The notes below the pieces were generated by a model. The model searched no databases and was not told the DNA's origin. It saw only the letters and a list, made by a program, of their open reading frames with translations. Shown here piece by piece: positions 45,938-56,493 of a stretch of DNA of 64,000 nt. The translations under genes and the position numbers were made by a program. Source of the stretch: Syntrophorhabdaceae bacterium. Its GTDB lineage: Bacteria; Desulfobacterota; Syntrophorhabdia; Syntrophorhabdales; Syntrophorhabdaceae. Each line of letters starts with the position of its first letter. The first letter of the stretch is position 1. Location: the NCBI GenBank assembly GCA_963665295.1, contig OY762209.1, positions 1,920,001 through 1,984,000 on the forward strand, in the 5' to 3' direction.

Positions 45938-46909
45938 TCAAACCTTTTCGGTCACCCTTGCCTCGAGGGGCAGGTATACCCTGACCGCGGTCCCCCCATC
46001 CTTCCTGTGATCAATCTCCATGAGTCCTTTATGGTCAGCGATAATTACCTGGGTTATGTAAAGGCCGATACCGGCGCCTTCCTCCCGCTCCCTCGCGCTG
46101 AAAGAGGGCTCAGGGCTGTTATGCTTATGCCCCTCTCCTTCATCGATCCCGCGACCCGTATCTCCTATCTCGATTACGGCAAATCCCCGTCCCCCCGGTT
46201 GTTTCTCTCTCTTCGTGGTTACCTGCAGCGTCCCCTTTTCGCCCATGGCCTCTCTTGCGGTGACGCAAAGGTGCAGGAAGACCTGATTGAGTTCCGCCTC
46301 ATTCCCCCTTATGGAGGGCATGTGGACATCAAAGTCCCTTTGCACGGCGATATCCTGAAGGTTCTTTCCGAGAAGAAAGAGGATATCGTTAAGGAGACTG
46401 TTCACGTTCACTTTACCGTGAGGTTTCCTCCTCTCCCGGGGGAGGCTGAGGAGGCGTTTGCCCAGGAGGGCGGCTTCCTTTGCGGAACTCTCAACTATCT
46501 CCGCATACCGGGCAAGCTCGTCCCCCTCCGTGAGGCGTTTCCGCATGAGAGAGGCATATCCGGCGATTTTCGTGAGCAGGCTATTGAAGTCATGTGCCGT
46601 TGCCCCTGCAAATGTGCCGATGCCTTCCCGCTTATCTCCCAAGGTCTCTTTCCTGCCGGGGGTTATACCGGCGGTGATGTCCGCATGAAACGCCGTAAAA
46701 CTCCGTTCTTTGTGTGCCACGCTTCTCCTTTTATTGGCGTAGGTTATGCGACCGTTGCGGTCAATGAGAAATTCGCGGTGAGGGAAATGACTCATCATGA
46801 ATTTGTGAATCTTCACCGATGCCTCCCTGCTTCTGAGTCGGATCGCCGGGCGCTCACGATTGTTCTGAAGAGGTTGAGTGAGGCGTGGCGTATCTCCGGG
46901 GGATGTCAC
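45938..46909 (-). CDS. Cytoplasmic histidine kinase with a vestigial PAS-like N-terminus
   Basis: AHDFNSLL, QVFLHL..TA.EAM (altered N-box), DTGRGI and GAGIGL. Confidence 0.78.
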   Translation of the reverse strand: MTSPGDTPRLTQPLQNNRERPAIRLRSREASVKIHKFMMSHFPHREFLIDRNGRITYANKRRSVAHKERSFTAFHADITAGITPGRKETLGDKREGIGTFAGATAHDFNSLLTKIAGYASLMRKRLTEGDELARYAEIVESSAKEAALLGKRLLSLPRERRKPHGKVNVNSLLNDILFLLGKNLQDIAVQRDFDVHMPSIRGNEAELNQVFLHLCVTAREAMGEKGTLQVTTKREKQPGGRGFAVIEIGDTGRGIDEGEGHKHNSPEPSFSAREREEGAGIGLYITQVIIADHKGLMEIDHRKDGGTAVRVYLPLEARVTEKV

Positions 46910-47073
46910 GTTTGCTCTTTGCCGCGCGGACCGGTGGGAGGATTCTTTCGTTGCGTGAGTGAGGGGAGCGGCACGTCATAAATGATTTCATGGCAGCAGA
47001 CCGCGATACGACTGAAACCGAAGACTATGATCTTCACAACTTTGCCGCAGTGAGGACAGTTGACCGTCTCCAT
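46906..47073 (-). CDS. Small CPxCG zinc-finger-like protein (55 aa)
   Basis: METVNCPHCGKVVKIIVFGFSRIAVCCHEIIYDVPLP...EQT*. SD aggtga; GTGA overlap with the kinase start. Below the ORF-track cutoff. Confidence 0.6.
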   Translation of the reverse strand: METVNCPHCGKVVKIIVFGFSRIAVCCHEIIYDVPLPSLTQRKNPPTGPRGKEQT

Positions 47074-47185
47074 GTATCACCTATTTCCGGAGCGTATATG
47101 CAATTACGTTACATAACTATAGCATGATCCGCATGAGAGTATTGTTCCCGCTTAATGCGCAAATAATACGTAGGTGAAATACAAA

Positions 47186-49261
47186 CTAACCGATAGACAG
47201 GAGATAGGAATAGAGGTTTACCTTTTCGTTGGTGAGTTTCAGTTTCTTCCTGATGTTGTAACGGTGCCGTTCCACAGAGCGGGGGGACACGTGAAGAAGA
47301 TTCGCAATTTCCTTAATCGATTTTCCGTTCCGGATGAGGTTGGCAATCTCTGCCTCCGTGGGGGTGAAGCTCAAGGAAGCAACGGTCTTCATGAACGGGG
47401 AAATGATGTCATTGAGATTTGCTTCGAGGATATCGATGAGGTCGACGTTGGGTTCTCCAGACGTGTTCTTCAGGCGGTCCAGGTAGGGTAATATGAGCTC
47501 CCTCACGTTTAACACCACCTTTTCTCCAAAGGTTTTATTGTCTTGCTCCCTCATGCTGAGAAGCGCCCTCAAGGCGGCATTCGCGTCTTCCAGGTGACGG
47601 GATTTCTCTTCGAGCTCGAAGGTGCGTTGAAAAACCAGTGCTTCCAGATGGTTCTTGTGTTTCTCCAGTTCAACCTGCGCCTGCTTGCGCACCGTGATAT
47701 CGCGGCTTACCCCCAGCATCCCGGTAACCTGCCCTTCCGCATCAGTCAAAAGGGTCGTTACCACCTCGACGGGAACCACTGACCCATCCCGTTTCACCTG
47801 ATCCACCTCGCTCGTGTCTATCCTCGCCGATTCATCGCCCGCGGCAAAAGCGGCCAGCCGTGGGGGCAGGCTTTCGGCGACCAGTCGGTATGATTCGGGG
47901 GTAAGGGTTTCCTCCATTGTTTGACCCATGACCTGCTCCGGTGTGAACCCGCGGAGTTTCTCCACTGAAGGGCTGATATAGTCCAGCCTGCCCGATTCGA
48001 GATCCAGCATCCATATTACGTCCCCCATGTTCTCCGCGAGGAGGCGGTATTTTCTCTCGCTCTCCTTCAGGGCGTCCTCAATCTGTTTACGTTCGGTGAT
48101 ATCATTTACGGTGACCGAGAGGTAGGGGACGTCCTGAATGAAAAGAGACTCCGCGAAAAGTAACCCGTGACAAATCTCTCCGCACCTTGTCCTGAAACTC
48201 ACCTCATAATTTGCGACCCTCCCCTTCCTTCTCACCTCTTCGAGCATCCGGGTGCGTTGTGAAGGGTCGGGAAGGAGCTGCAGTTCCACCGACGTCCTTC
48301 CGATCAATTCCTCTCTTCTGTAGCCGAGAGTCGCGAGAAGCGTTTCATTCACGTCAACGATCCGGCCTTCATCGAAGGTGGAAATGGCCATCAGGGCCGC
48401 GCTCGCGTGGAAGGTTTTGAAGAACTTCTCCTCCGAGAGCTTAAGCTTGGAGATATCCTTACTCACCCCGAAAATTACGTCCTGGCCGTTCCATTTTCCT
48501 TTCACCGCTCTCGTTTCAACGGGGATGTGCCTTCCGTCTTTTGTAACCAACGCAAGGGGACACTGAGTCGCGCGTCCCTCCAGGATGGTCTTGAAGACCT
48601 CTCTCGCCTCCATGCGTCTCTCAACGGGATGGAGCATCAAAAGGCTGTTTCCTGCCAGCTCTTCTCTCGTATAGCCAAGCCGCTCCGCGGCCGTATCGTT
48701 TGTGGTGATGATATTTCCGCCCATATCCACGACAAAAAGGAGATCGGTGATGGTATTGAAGAAGGCGGACAAATTGGTCTCACTCTGCCGGAGGGCCTCT
48801 TCAGCCAGCTTATGCCCGGTGATGTCCCGGACGATGATGGTCGTTTTCGTGAGGCCGTCCCTATCCGTAAAGAATGCGGTAGACACCTCCCCGGGAAAGA
48901 CGGTCCCATCCTTCCGTCTTAAATTGAGCTCGCCCTTGAATTTGCCGGTACGCTCCCTTTCGGCGATCGCAAGGGGGAGCCTCGGGTCGGATGCGTCCAT
49001 GACCCCATCCCTTCCCATGTGAACCAGTTCCTCCCGGGTGATGCCAAAGATCCTGCAGGCTTCGTCGTTGGCCGCGTAAACGCCGCCGTCGGGCGATCCG
49101 AGGATAATCGCCTCGGTGCTGTTCTCGAATATTGCCCGGTAGCGCTCTTCGCTTTCTCTCAGGGCGTTTTCCATATTCTTGCGCCCCGTGAGACCGCGGG
49201 CATAGGCTGAGTGCGGTTTGTCTTGACGATCTGATCCGGATTTGTGTCTGGGCACAGGCAC
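47186..49261 (-). CDS. Multi-PAS LuxR-family transcriptional regulator
   Basis: Four PAS/PAC repeats (RDIT/KDIS/NDIT/RDIT ends) and a C-terminal FTPTE.EIA..IRNGKS.KEIA...HR.NIRKKL HTH. Start uncertain. Confidence 0.9.
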   Translation of the reverse strand: MPVPRHKSGSDRQDKPHSAYARGLTGRKNMENALRESEERYRAIFENSTEAIILGSPDGGVYAANDEACRIFGITREELVHMGRDGVMDASDPRLPLAIAERERTGKFKGELNLRRKDGTVFPGEVSTAFFTDRDGLTKTTIIVRDITGHKLAEEALRQSETNLSAFFNTITDLLFVVDMGGNIITTNDTAAERLGYTREELAGNSLLMLHPVERRMEAREVFKTILEGRATQCPLALVTKDGRHIPVETRAVKGKWNGQDVIFGVSKDISKLKLSEEKFFKTFHASAALMAISTFDEGRIVDVNETLLATLGYRREELIGRTSVELQLLPDPSQRTRMLEEVRRKGRVANYEVSFRTRCGEICHGLLFAESLFIQDVPYLSVTVNDITERKQIEDALKESERKYRLLAENMGDVIWMLDLESGRLDYISPSVEKLRGFTPEQVMGQTMEETLTPESYRLVAESLPPRLAAFAAGDESARIDTSEVDQVKRDGSVVPVEVVTTLLTDAEGQVTGMLGVSRDITVRKQAQVELEKHKNHLEALVFQRTFELEEKSRHLEDANAALRALLSMREQDNKTFGEKVVLNVRELILPYLDRLKNTSGEPNVDLIDILEANLNDIISPFMKTVASLSFTPTEAEIANLIRNGKSIKEIANLLHVSPRSVERHRYNIRKKLKLTNEKVNLYSYLLSIG

Positions 49262-49504
49262 CTCCTGCCGGGCACCGGGATGAGTATTTTGAATATCAAC
49301 AATCTAGCATAGATATCCTGCTCTTATCAACGGCGGGGAAGGGAAGGGCGCTCCCGGAGCGTGCCTCAGCCTGCCCGGACCCCCTCCATGCGCCCCATCG
49401 GTGGGGGGGGCTGCTTTTCGGACCGGCAGATTTCATCGCTCCGGCTATCTGTCCGGGACGGTCTCAGGAACCGAGGGGGAACCGTCACTTCCCGGAACCT
49501 GCTA

Positions 49505-50639
49505 GTGTACTGGCTCACTAATAGCTTTACAATTACCCTTGGCTATGCTATCATAGTGCATGTGGAATCCAGCCAGTACGCTAGACATGACGGAAGAGCA
49601 GAGAAAGACATTGGAAACATGGGTCAAAGCAAAGAAGACTCCCCAAAGGGTGGTTCTACGCTCCCGCATCTGCCTGCTCGCGGCAGAAGGGATGTCCCAT
49701 AACGCCATAGCGAAGAGGCTCAATACCTCCCGCCCTACGGTGATATTGTGGGTAGGCCGCTTCAGAGAACAGGGCCCCTCCGGTTTGTCGGAGGACGCAC
49801 CCCATGGGCCGAGTTCAAGGCGCCTTAACCCGGAGATAGTGCGCACCATCGTGGAAGCCACGCTCCATACAACTCCCAAAGATGCTACTCAGTGGTCCAC
49901 CCGCACCATGGCAAAGGAGAAGGGCGTGAGCCATGCCACCGTGCAGCGCATCTGGGATGCCCATGGACTACAGCCCCATCGGGTAGAAACTTTCAAGCTG
50001 TCCAGAGACAAGAAGTTCGTGGAGAAACTGACCGATGTGGTGGGCGTCTATCTCAATCCTCCCGACAAAGCGGTGGTACTCTGTGTGGATGAGAAAAGCC
50101 AGGTGCAGGCCCTGGACCGGACCCAGCCGGGATTACCGATGAAGAAGGGGCGCTGCGGCACGATGACCCACGACTACAAAAGGAACGGCACTACCTGTCT
50201 TTTTGCCGCCCTCAATGTTCTGGAAGGAAAAGTCATAGGCTCCTGCTATCCCCGCCACAGAAATACCGAATTTCTTAAGTTCCTGCGTACCATAGACCGT
50301 CAGGTGCCAAAGGGCCTCGATGTCCATATGATTCTCGACAACTACGGAACTCATACCCACCCCAATGTGAAAGCATGGCTCGAAAAACACCCCCGTTTCG
50401 TTCCCCACTTTACACCCACAAGCTCGTCGTGGCTTAACCTGGTGGAGCGCTGGTTCGGGGAGATCACACGAAAGAGAATTCGTCGCGGCATCTTCAAAAG
50501 CGTTCAGGAACTGGTGACCGCCATCGAAGAATATATTCGCTGCAACAACGAAGACCCCAAACCCTTCGTATGGACCAGGAAGGCCGAGGAGATACTTGAA
50601 AAAGTGAATCGCTGTAAAGGCGTTACTGAGACACTACAC
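49505..50639 (+). mobile_element. IS630-family insertion sequence (1135 bp)
   Basis: Imperfect 26-bp TIRs (20/26); TA duplication at 49503-49504 and 50640-50641, each within CTAG. Confidence 0.92.
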
Positions 50640-50642
50640 TAG
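49560..50642 (+). CDS. IS630 family transposase
   Basis: HTH N-terminus, [26 protein letters not shown] and [11 protein letters not shown] (DDE). Confidence 0.96.
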   Translation: MWNPASTLDMTEEQRKTLETWVKAKKTPQRVVLRSRICLLAAEGMSHNAIAKRLNTSRPTVILWVGRFREQGPSGLSEDAPHGPSSRRLNPEIVRTIVEATLHTTPKDATQWSTRTMAKEKGVSHATVQRIWDAHGLQPHRVETFKLSRDKKFVEKLTDVVGVYLNPPDKAVVLCVDEKSQVQALDRTQPGLPMKKGRCGTMTHDYKRNGTTCLFAALNVLEGKVIGSCYPRHRNTEFLKFLRTIDRQVPKGLDVHMILDNYGTHTHPNVKAWLEKHPRFVPHFTPTSSSWLNLVERWFGEITRKRIRRGIFKSVQELVTAIEEYIRCNNEDPKPFVWTRKAEEILEKVNRCKGVTETLH

Positions 50643-52273
50643 ATCTTGAATACCTGAACCACGCCCGTGAGGTCCATGGCGAGTTCGGAGAGTCCGGAGG
50701 CAGCATGGGATATCTCTTCTGAAGACGCGAAGGTCTGTTTTGTTACCTCCGAGATGTCGTTTATGTCCCTCGTGATCGCGTCCGTGGTGGCGCTCATCTC
50801 TTCGATAGCCGCGGCAGTCTGCTGAATTCCGGAGTAGAGGCCGTCGATGCTCGCGATAATATCCTGCAAGGCCGTGTGCGCCTGGGAGGAGAATTCAACT
50901 CCTGCCGCCACATTGCGCTTTGCGCTGTCCATGGAGTCAACGGTTCTGCCCACGCCCTCCCTCATGGTGTCGATCATCCTGCCTATCTCCGTGGTTGACG
51001 CGGATGTCCTCTCAGCGAGTTTCTTCACTCCGTCGGCAACGACGGCGAAGCCCTTTCCGTGTTCACCGGCACGGGCCGCTTCGATGGCCGCATTCAGGGC
51101 AAGAAGGTTGGTCTGATCCGCAATGTCGTCTATAGTGGTGACGATCTCTCCTATCTGTCCGGACTGGTGCCCCAGGACCTTCACGAACTCGGATGCGGTT
51201 TCCACCGTCAGGGCAATCAGCTTTACCTCCTCGATGGCCTTGTCCACAATCTCCTGTCCCCCTTTGGCGATCTTCACCGTTTCCCCCGCCGATTCGGATA
51301 TCCTGTTTGAGTTCCTTGCCATGTCTTCTGTGGTCTGGTTCATCTCGGTGGAAGCTGATGCGATCTGGGCTGCCCGCTCCACCTGATTCGCCGCGCCCTC
51401 CGACAGCCTTTGCGAGGAGGCAGTCAGCTGTGTGCTTGCCGACGCCATATCGGTCGCCGAGGAAGCCACATCGGAAAGCGCCTTTTTGAGGCTCGAATTC
51501 ATGGTATCCATGGACCTGGCGAAAACGCCCATCTCATCTCCTCTCTTCACTGCATGCCCGGATACGGCTACGGAGAAATCGCCTCTTGCCATCCCGTCGA
51601 TATGGGCGGCGGAACGGGCCATGGGCACGGTAATACTGCGGGTAATAAATACGGACAGCAGGACCGCTATGCCGAGGGCCAGCATCCCGAGGAGAACAAA
51701 GACAAGACGGGCCGTGAATGCGCTCCTTTGGGCCTCTTCGAACCTGAATTGGGTCCGCTTCTCGTTATATTGCACTATGGCTTCGGCGGCTGCCATGTAA
51801 GCCTTGACCCCCTTCATGAGGCTTCCATACTGCTCCAGGGCCTCTTCGCGGTTTCCCGACATACCGAGTTCGATCACGCGGTCATTCGCTTCCTTGCCGG
51901 CCGCAACTTCTTTCTTGAGCCGGGCAATGAGGTCCTTGCCCTCCTGGTTGATTTCGAGGGCCTCAAGCCGGTCCACGGACAGTTTGTACCCAGCCCTCAG
52001 TCCGTCGATCTTCTTCCTGGTTTCCTGCTTGGCGCTCGCGTCCCGGGCCGCAACGATCTCGCCCATGAGATAGGCGATGTCCGCGAAAGAGGCCCTCATC
52101 TCATTGGCGCACTTTACCTTGGCGTTGTTCACCGTCACAATACGTTGAAGCCTGCTGCTCATGCTCCCGAGGAAAAGAATTCCCGTAACCACCATAATCA
52201 CGACCAAGGCCGCGGTGATGCCGAACCCTATGCCAAGCCTTTTGCCGATTTTCACGTCTGTAAAAAGTGTCAT
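50639..52273 (-). CDS. Methyl-accepting chemotaxis protein (4HB sensor, HAMP)
   Basis: [13 protein letters not shown]1, four-helix periplasmic region, RGDEMG and [20 protein letters not shown]. Confidence 0.95.
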   Translation of the reverse strand: MTLFTDVKIGKRLGIGFGITAALVVIMVVTGILFLGSMSSRLQRIVTVNNAKVKCANEMRASFADIAYLMGEIVAARDASAKQETRKKIDGLRAGYKLSVDRLEALEINQEGKDLIARLKKEVAAGKEANDRVIELGMSGNREEALEQYGSLMKGVKAYMAAAEAIVQYNEKRTQFRFEEAQRSAFTARLVFVLLGMLALGIAVLLSVFITRSITVPMARSAAHIDGMARGDFSVAVSGHAVKRGDEMGVFARSMDTMNSSLKKALSDVASSATDMASASTQLTASSQRLSEGAANQVERAAQIASASTEMNQTTEDMARNSNRISESAGETVKIAKGGQEIVDKAIEEVKLIALTVETASEFVKVLGHQSGQIGEIVTTIDDIADQTNLLALNAAIEAARAGEHGKGFAVVADGVKKLAERTSASTTEIGRMIDTMREGVGRTVDSMDSAKRNVAAGVEFSSQAHTALQDIIASIDGLYSGIQQTAAAIEEMSATTDAITRDINDISEVTKQTFASSEEISHAASGLSELAMDLTGVVQVFKI

Positions 52274-52692
52274 ATCTATTGCCTCCAATAGAATATTTGT
52301 GTCCCTGTCAGGGCGTGACCTCCGCGGGGGTATTCAACTGCCATTTCCGCAAATCACCCTGTCTTGTGCAATCAATCCCTCGAGGGGACGGGAAATTCAG
52401 GGCGTACGCCGATTCTTGAAGTGTCATAGATGGGTTTTCGAACCATCGCCCGAAACTATTAATGGATATTGATACAAGATTTGTGCGCATATACTACGTA
52501 GTTATTTTGCGTAGTATGGGACCGGAAAGGGTGTGCAGCGCCTGTGGCGATACGCCGGGTTGGCCCCGACAGGCCCGGCGGTCAAGGATGTACGCGCCGG
52601 CAAGCCGGTGCTTCAGCCGGCGTATCTCCCGGCGGCGTCCATTCTGTGGTTAATCTGATGGACCGGTGAGAAGGCGCAGGGGAAGCGATTCG

Positions 52693-52724
52693 GGAAATGA
52701 TTTCCGGTTGAGGAAATGATTTCC
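52693..52724. promoter_or_regulatory. Tandem perfect palindromes GGAAAT-G-ATTTCC (operator candidate)
   Basis: Identical 13-mers at 52693-52705 and 52712-52724. Confidence 0.55.
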
Positions 52725-52941
52725 ATGGGGTAAAGTGTTGAAGAGAACTCCGGATCAGTCCCCTTTTGCCACGGCGGGACCGTTCCCGGTGATTGATCAG
52801 GAAGAGGAGGTATGGCCAATGAAGGAAAGAACCCTCAAGCCATTGACGGCGGGAGCCGCCCCGGCGCCGTGCACCGCTCCGGAAGACCCATCCATGTTTT
52901 TGAACTTTACACTATCCGACGCAAAATAAGGGAGGCGTGAC

Positions 52942-53619
52942 ATGGTCAATGACGCGGGAAAGACCGGCAGGGTAACGAGGATAGGATTGTGCGTGGCTGT
53001 CGTGGTTTTCTTCGGAATTTGCCCTGCATGGGGCGCGGATGAGCCTGTCAGGCCGAAAACAGCCTCGAAAACCATGGAAACCGGCGTCCGGACGCCCGTC
53101 CTTGCGGGCATGGACACCCTCACGGCCATCTTTACCCGGCACAGTATCCGTAAGTACACGGACCAACCGGTTTCGGAGGAGACCGTGAAAACACTCCTTC
53201 GGGCCGCAATGGCCGCTCCGTCGGCAAGAAACGAACAGTCCTGGGAGTTTATCGTGATAAGGGATAAGAACATCCTCAAGCAGTTCCCCGACTTCAGTCC
53301 CTTCGCGGCCCACGTCCCCGGCGCTCAGGCGGCCATCGTGGTACTGGGCAACAAGAAGCTGGAGGCAGTGCCGGGCCTTTGGGTCCCGGACTGTTCAAAC
53401 GCAACGATGAATATCCTCCTGGCGGCCCACTCCATGGGTCTCGGGGCGGTGTGGACGACCCTTTATCCCTATGAAGAACGGATGGCGGGGGCGCGGAAGC
53501 TCCTCAATCTCCCCGACCACATCGTGCCCCTCACAGTCGTGCCCATCGGCTACCCGGCCGAGAAGAAGCCGGAAACGGACAGGTTCAATCCGGCAAAGAT
53601 CCACATGGAACGATGGTAG
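52942..53619 (+). CDS. Nitroreductase family protein with a signal-peptide-like extension
   Basis: RHSIRKY, APSARNEQ.W, AAHSMGLGAVW and IGYP motifs. Confidence 0.9.
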   Translation: MVNDAGKTGRVTRIGLCVAVVVFFGICPAWGADEPVRPKTASKTMETGVRTPVLAGMDTLTAIFTRHSIRKYTDQPVSEETVKTLLRAAMAAPSARNEQSWEFIVIRDKNILKQFPDFSPFAAHVPGAQAAIVVLGNKKLEAVPGLWVPDCSNATMNILLAAHSMGLGAVWTTLYPYEERMAGARKLLNLPDHIVPLTVVPIGYPAEKKPETDRFNPAKIHMERW

Positions 53620-53697
53620 GCAAGGGAGGCCTGCTCCATGGCGGTCGTAACCGTCGGCGGCCACAGGACGGAAACATGTCGTTGAGGGAGGACTGAA

Positions 53698-54603
53698 ATG
53701 CGTATTTTCAACAGGTTGCAAAGACCGGGGGATAAACCGGGAGGCCCCGTGCACGGCGTCGCGCTTTGTCTCGTCCCGTTGATGCTGGCCGCTGTTCTGA
53801 CCCTTGCCGGTTGCGCCGGTCCGAAGGGTCCCGCCTCGCGGGTCGTGACCCCGGAAACAAGTCCCGGGATAGCCGCGGGCTTTGTGCCGCCTTCCACGTT
53901 GCCCGACAGTCTCGCCCTGCTTCCTCCCCCACCCCCGCCCGGTTCAGCCGCCTTTGCGGCGGACGAAGAAACGTACCGGCTAACGCGGGCCTTCAGAAAC
54001 ACGCCGCGCTGGGCCCTCGCGGCAAAGGACGGGGACCTTTCTTTTCCGGAAGTCATGGAGACCTTCTCCTGTGCCCTTGACACGCGGGTTACGGAGCAGT
54101 CGGCGCCCCATCTTTACCGCCTCATGCGCCGGACCCGGACCGACGCGGCCATCAGCAGGCAAAAGGCAAAGGGGCATTACCGTCGTGTCCGTCCCTTCGT
54201 GGTCTATAAGGAGGCGAGTTGCACGCCCCGGGACGAAGCCCGGCTCAGGCAGAGCGGTTCGTACCCTTCAGGCCATAGCACGATCGGCTGGACCTGGACC
54301 CTGATCCTCGCGGAGATTGCCCCTGACCGCACGGATGCCATCCTCACGAGAGGTTACGCTTTCGGCCAAAGCCGCGTTATCTGCGGTGTTCACTGGCAAA
54401 GCGATGTGGAGGCGGGTCGCACCCTCGCCTCCGGTGTGGTGGCGCGACTGCACGGCGATGCAACGTTTCGCGCAGAACTCCTTGCCGCGGCGGACGAGGT
54501 AGCCGCTGCCCGCGCAGAGGGCATCAAGCCCGCGCGGGACTGCAAGGCGGAAGAAGCGGTGCTCGCCGGCCCGCTTCCCCCCGGCACAGGGACAAGCCCC
54601 TGA
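53698..54603 (+). CDS. Class A non-specific acid phosphatase (PAP2), lipoprotein
   Basis: LAGC lipobox, K.HYRRVRP, YPSGH and SRVICGVHWQSD. Start uncertain. Confidence 0.9.
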   Translation: MRIFNRLQRPGDKPGGPVHGVALCLVPLMLAAVLTLAGCAGPKGPASRVVTPETSPGIAAGFVPPSTLPDSLALLPPPPPPGSAAFAADEETYRLTRAFRNTPRWALAAKDGDLSFPEVMETFSCALDTRVTEQSAPHLYRLMRRTRTDAAISRQKAKGHYRRVRPFVVYKEASCTPRDEARLRQSGSYPSGHSTIGWTWTLILAEIAPDRTDAILTRGYAFGQSRVICGVHWQSDVEAGRTLASGVVARLHGDATFRAELLAAADEVAAARAEGIKPARDCKAEEAVLAGPLPPGTGTSP

Positions 54604-54813
54604 TGGGTGAGGGTTGAGAAGGCGCTCCTTATGTCCTGCGTGACCCGGAATAATCCGACGGGAGGGAAGGGCCCTACCGGACCGCCTTTTCCCCGCCCTG
54701 ATTCGGTTGGCATCTTTTTCTAATAGGTGGTATGCTTATTTTGTCAGGCAAAGAGGAAGTTCCTGTTGCCCCATCGCGGGGCATGGGACGGGCGAAAAGC
54801 TGAGGTGAAAGAA

Positions 54814-56493
54814 ATGCTGATCGGCATCGATGTTGGCGGCACATATACGGATGGGGTGCTCTTTTCAGACGGATCGGTGGTATACAGCGTCAAGCGCCCC
54901 ACAGACGAAAGCGATCTGGAGGCGACCATCCTCGGGGTCCTTGATGGCCTTCTCGTCCATGGGAAAGCGGAAGATATCAAGAGGGTCGTTTTGAGCACCA
55001 CCCTGGTGACCAATCTTCTGGCCACGGGGCGGGGAGAGCGGACAGCGCTCCTGCTCCTGCCCGGAAGCGGGCTCCCCCTTTCCTCCTACCACATCGCTCC
55101 CGACACTTATTTCCTGAAAGGCAGCATCGATTTCCGCGGCAGGGAGCTTGAAGCACCGGACAGGAAAGAGATCAAAAGGGCCCTTGAAAAGATCGAAAAG
55201 GCAGGCATAGAACGGGTGGCCGTAGCGGGGAAGTTCTCCAACCGCAACGACCGCCACGAGACGCTCATCAAGGAAATGGTCCGGGCACGCTACCCCCGCA
55301 TGGACGTATGCACGAGTAACGAGATTTCCGGGCGTCTCAATTTTCCGCGCCGCGCCGTGACCTGTTATTACACGGCCATGACCATGAGGGAATGGGACCG
55401 GTTTGCGGATGAGATCGAGGCTGCCGTACATGCCCGGATACCGGGTTGCCCCCTTTATATCATGAAGGCCGACGGCGGCGCCACCACCCTGGAGGCGAGC
55501 CGGAGAAGACCCTGTGAGACGGTCTTTTCGGGTCCTGCGGCAAGCACCATGGGCGCCGTGGCGCTGACCCGGGAGACTGTGAACTCCGTGGTGGTCGATA
55601 TGGGCGGCACGACCTCGGACATCTGTCTTCTCGTTGACGGGCAACCCCTGTATGCGTCGCGGGGGGCGGTAATCGGGGGGCATCTGACCCACATCAATTC
55701 CTTCGCCGTCAAATCCATAGCCCTGGGCGGCGACAGTGCCGTGAGCGGCGATTCAGGGGAACTCCGGATAGGACCGGAACGCTTCGGCGCCGCAGCCTGT
55801 TTCGGAGGCGGGACCCCCAGCGTAACGGACGCATTCAATGTTCTCCTGGCCCTCAATATCGGAGATGCAGCGGCTTCCCGGGTAAAACTGGAAGCCGTGG
55901 CGGAGCAACTCGGCATGTCCCTCGAAGACCTTTGCCGGAAGGTTGCGGACCGGGTGATCAGTGAATTGAAGGAGAGTGTTGTTGCCATGTTCGGCCAGTG
56001 GGAGAATGAACCTGCGTACAAGGTCTGGGAAGTGGTGAACCGGAAGAAGTTTGTTCTCCACAGGGTGATCGGCATCGGGGCCGCGGCCCCTGCGGTGATC
56101 CCCATGCTCGCCGAAGAGTTGAAGGTCCCCCATTTCCTCCACCGGTATTCGCCCGTTGCCAATGCCCTGGGCGCGGCCCTTGCCCGGCCCACCCTCGCGG
56201 TGGAGGTCCACGTGGATACCCAGAACCGGGCTTATACGGTGTCGCCGGGCGGATTCAGCGGCACGGTCGATGAGCCCAACTACCAGTTGAAGGACGCCCA
56301 GCAACTGGCCATGCGTTTTCTCAAGGAGATAAGCCGCGAGAGGGGCCTTCTCGATTATGCCGACGAAGCCCACTACTACCTGCAGGAGCAGTTCAATGTG
56401 ATCCGGGGTTTTGAGAGAGTCGGAAAGCTCTTCGATGTGGGGATACAGATTGTGCCCGGATTTATCCATGAATTCAAGGGGGTGACGGAGTGA
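54814..56493 (+). CDS. Hydantoinase/oxoprolinase family protein
   Basis: GIDVGGTYTD, STTLVTN, SGPAAS, DMGGTTSD and ANALGAA motifs. Confidence 0.9.
   Translation: MLIGIDVGGTYTDGVLFSDGSVVYSVKRPTDESDLEATILGVLDGLLVHGKAEDIKRVVLSTTLVTNLLATGRGERTALLLLPGSGLPLSSYHIAPDTYFLKGSIDFRGRELEAPDRKEIKRALEKIEKAGIERVAVAGKFSNRNDRHETLIKEMVRARYPRMDVCTSNEISGRLNFPRRAVTCYYTAMTMREWDRFADEIEAAVHARIPGCPLYIMKADGGATTLEASRRRPCETVFSGPAASTMGAVALTRETVNSVVVDMGGTTSDICLLVDGQPLYASRGAVIGGHLTHINSFAVKSIALGGDSAVSGDSGELRIGPERFGAAACFGGGTPSVTDAFNVLLALNIGDAAASRVKLEAVAEQLGMSLEDLCRKVADRVISELKESVVAMFGQWENEPAYKVWEVVNRKKFVLHRVIGIGAAAPAVIPMLAEELKVPHFLHRYSPVANALGAALARPTLAVEVHVDTQNRAYTVSPGGFSGTVDEPNYQLKDAQQLAMRFLKEISRERGLLDYADEAHYYLQEQFNVIRGFERVGKLFDVGIQIVPGFIHEFKGVTE

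Noticed and set aside
52274..52500. c-di-GMP riboswitch upstream of the MCP
   Set aside because: The GEMM core (GGCAAAC...GAAA...GACGCAAAG) is not present on the minus strand.
52812..52940. Small ORFs (36-42 aa) after a strong SD upstream of the nitroreductase
   Set aside because: Two competing frames and no motif; neither can be supported without conservation data.
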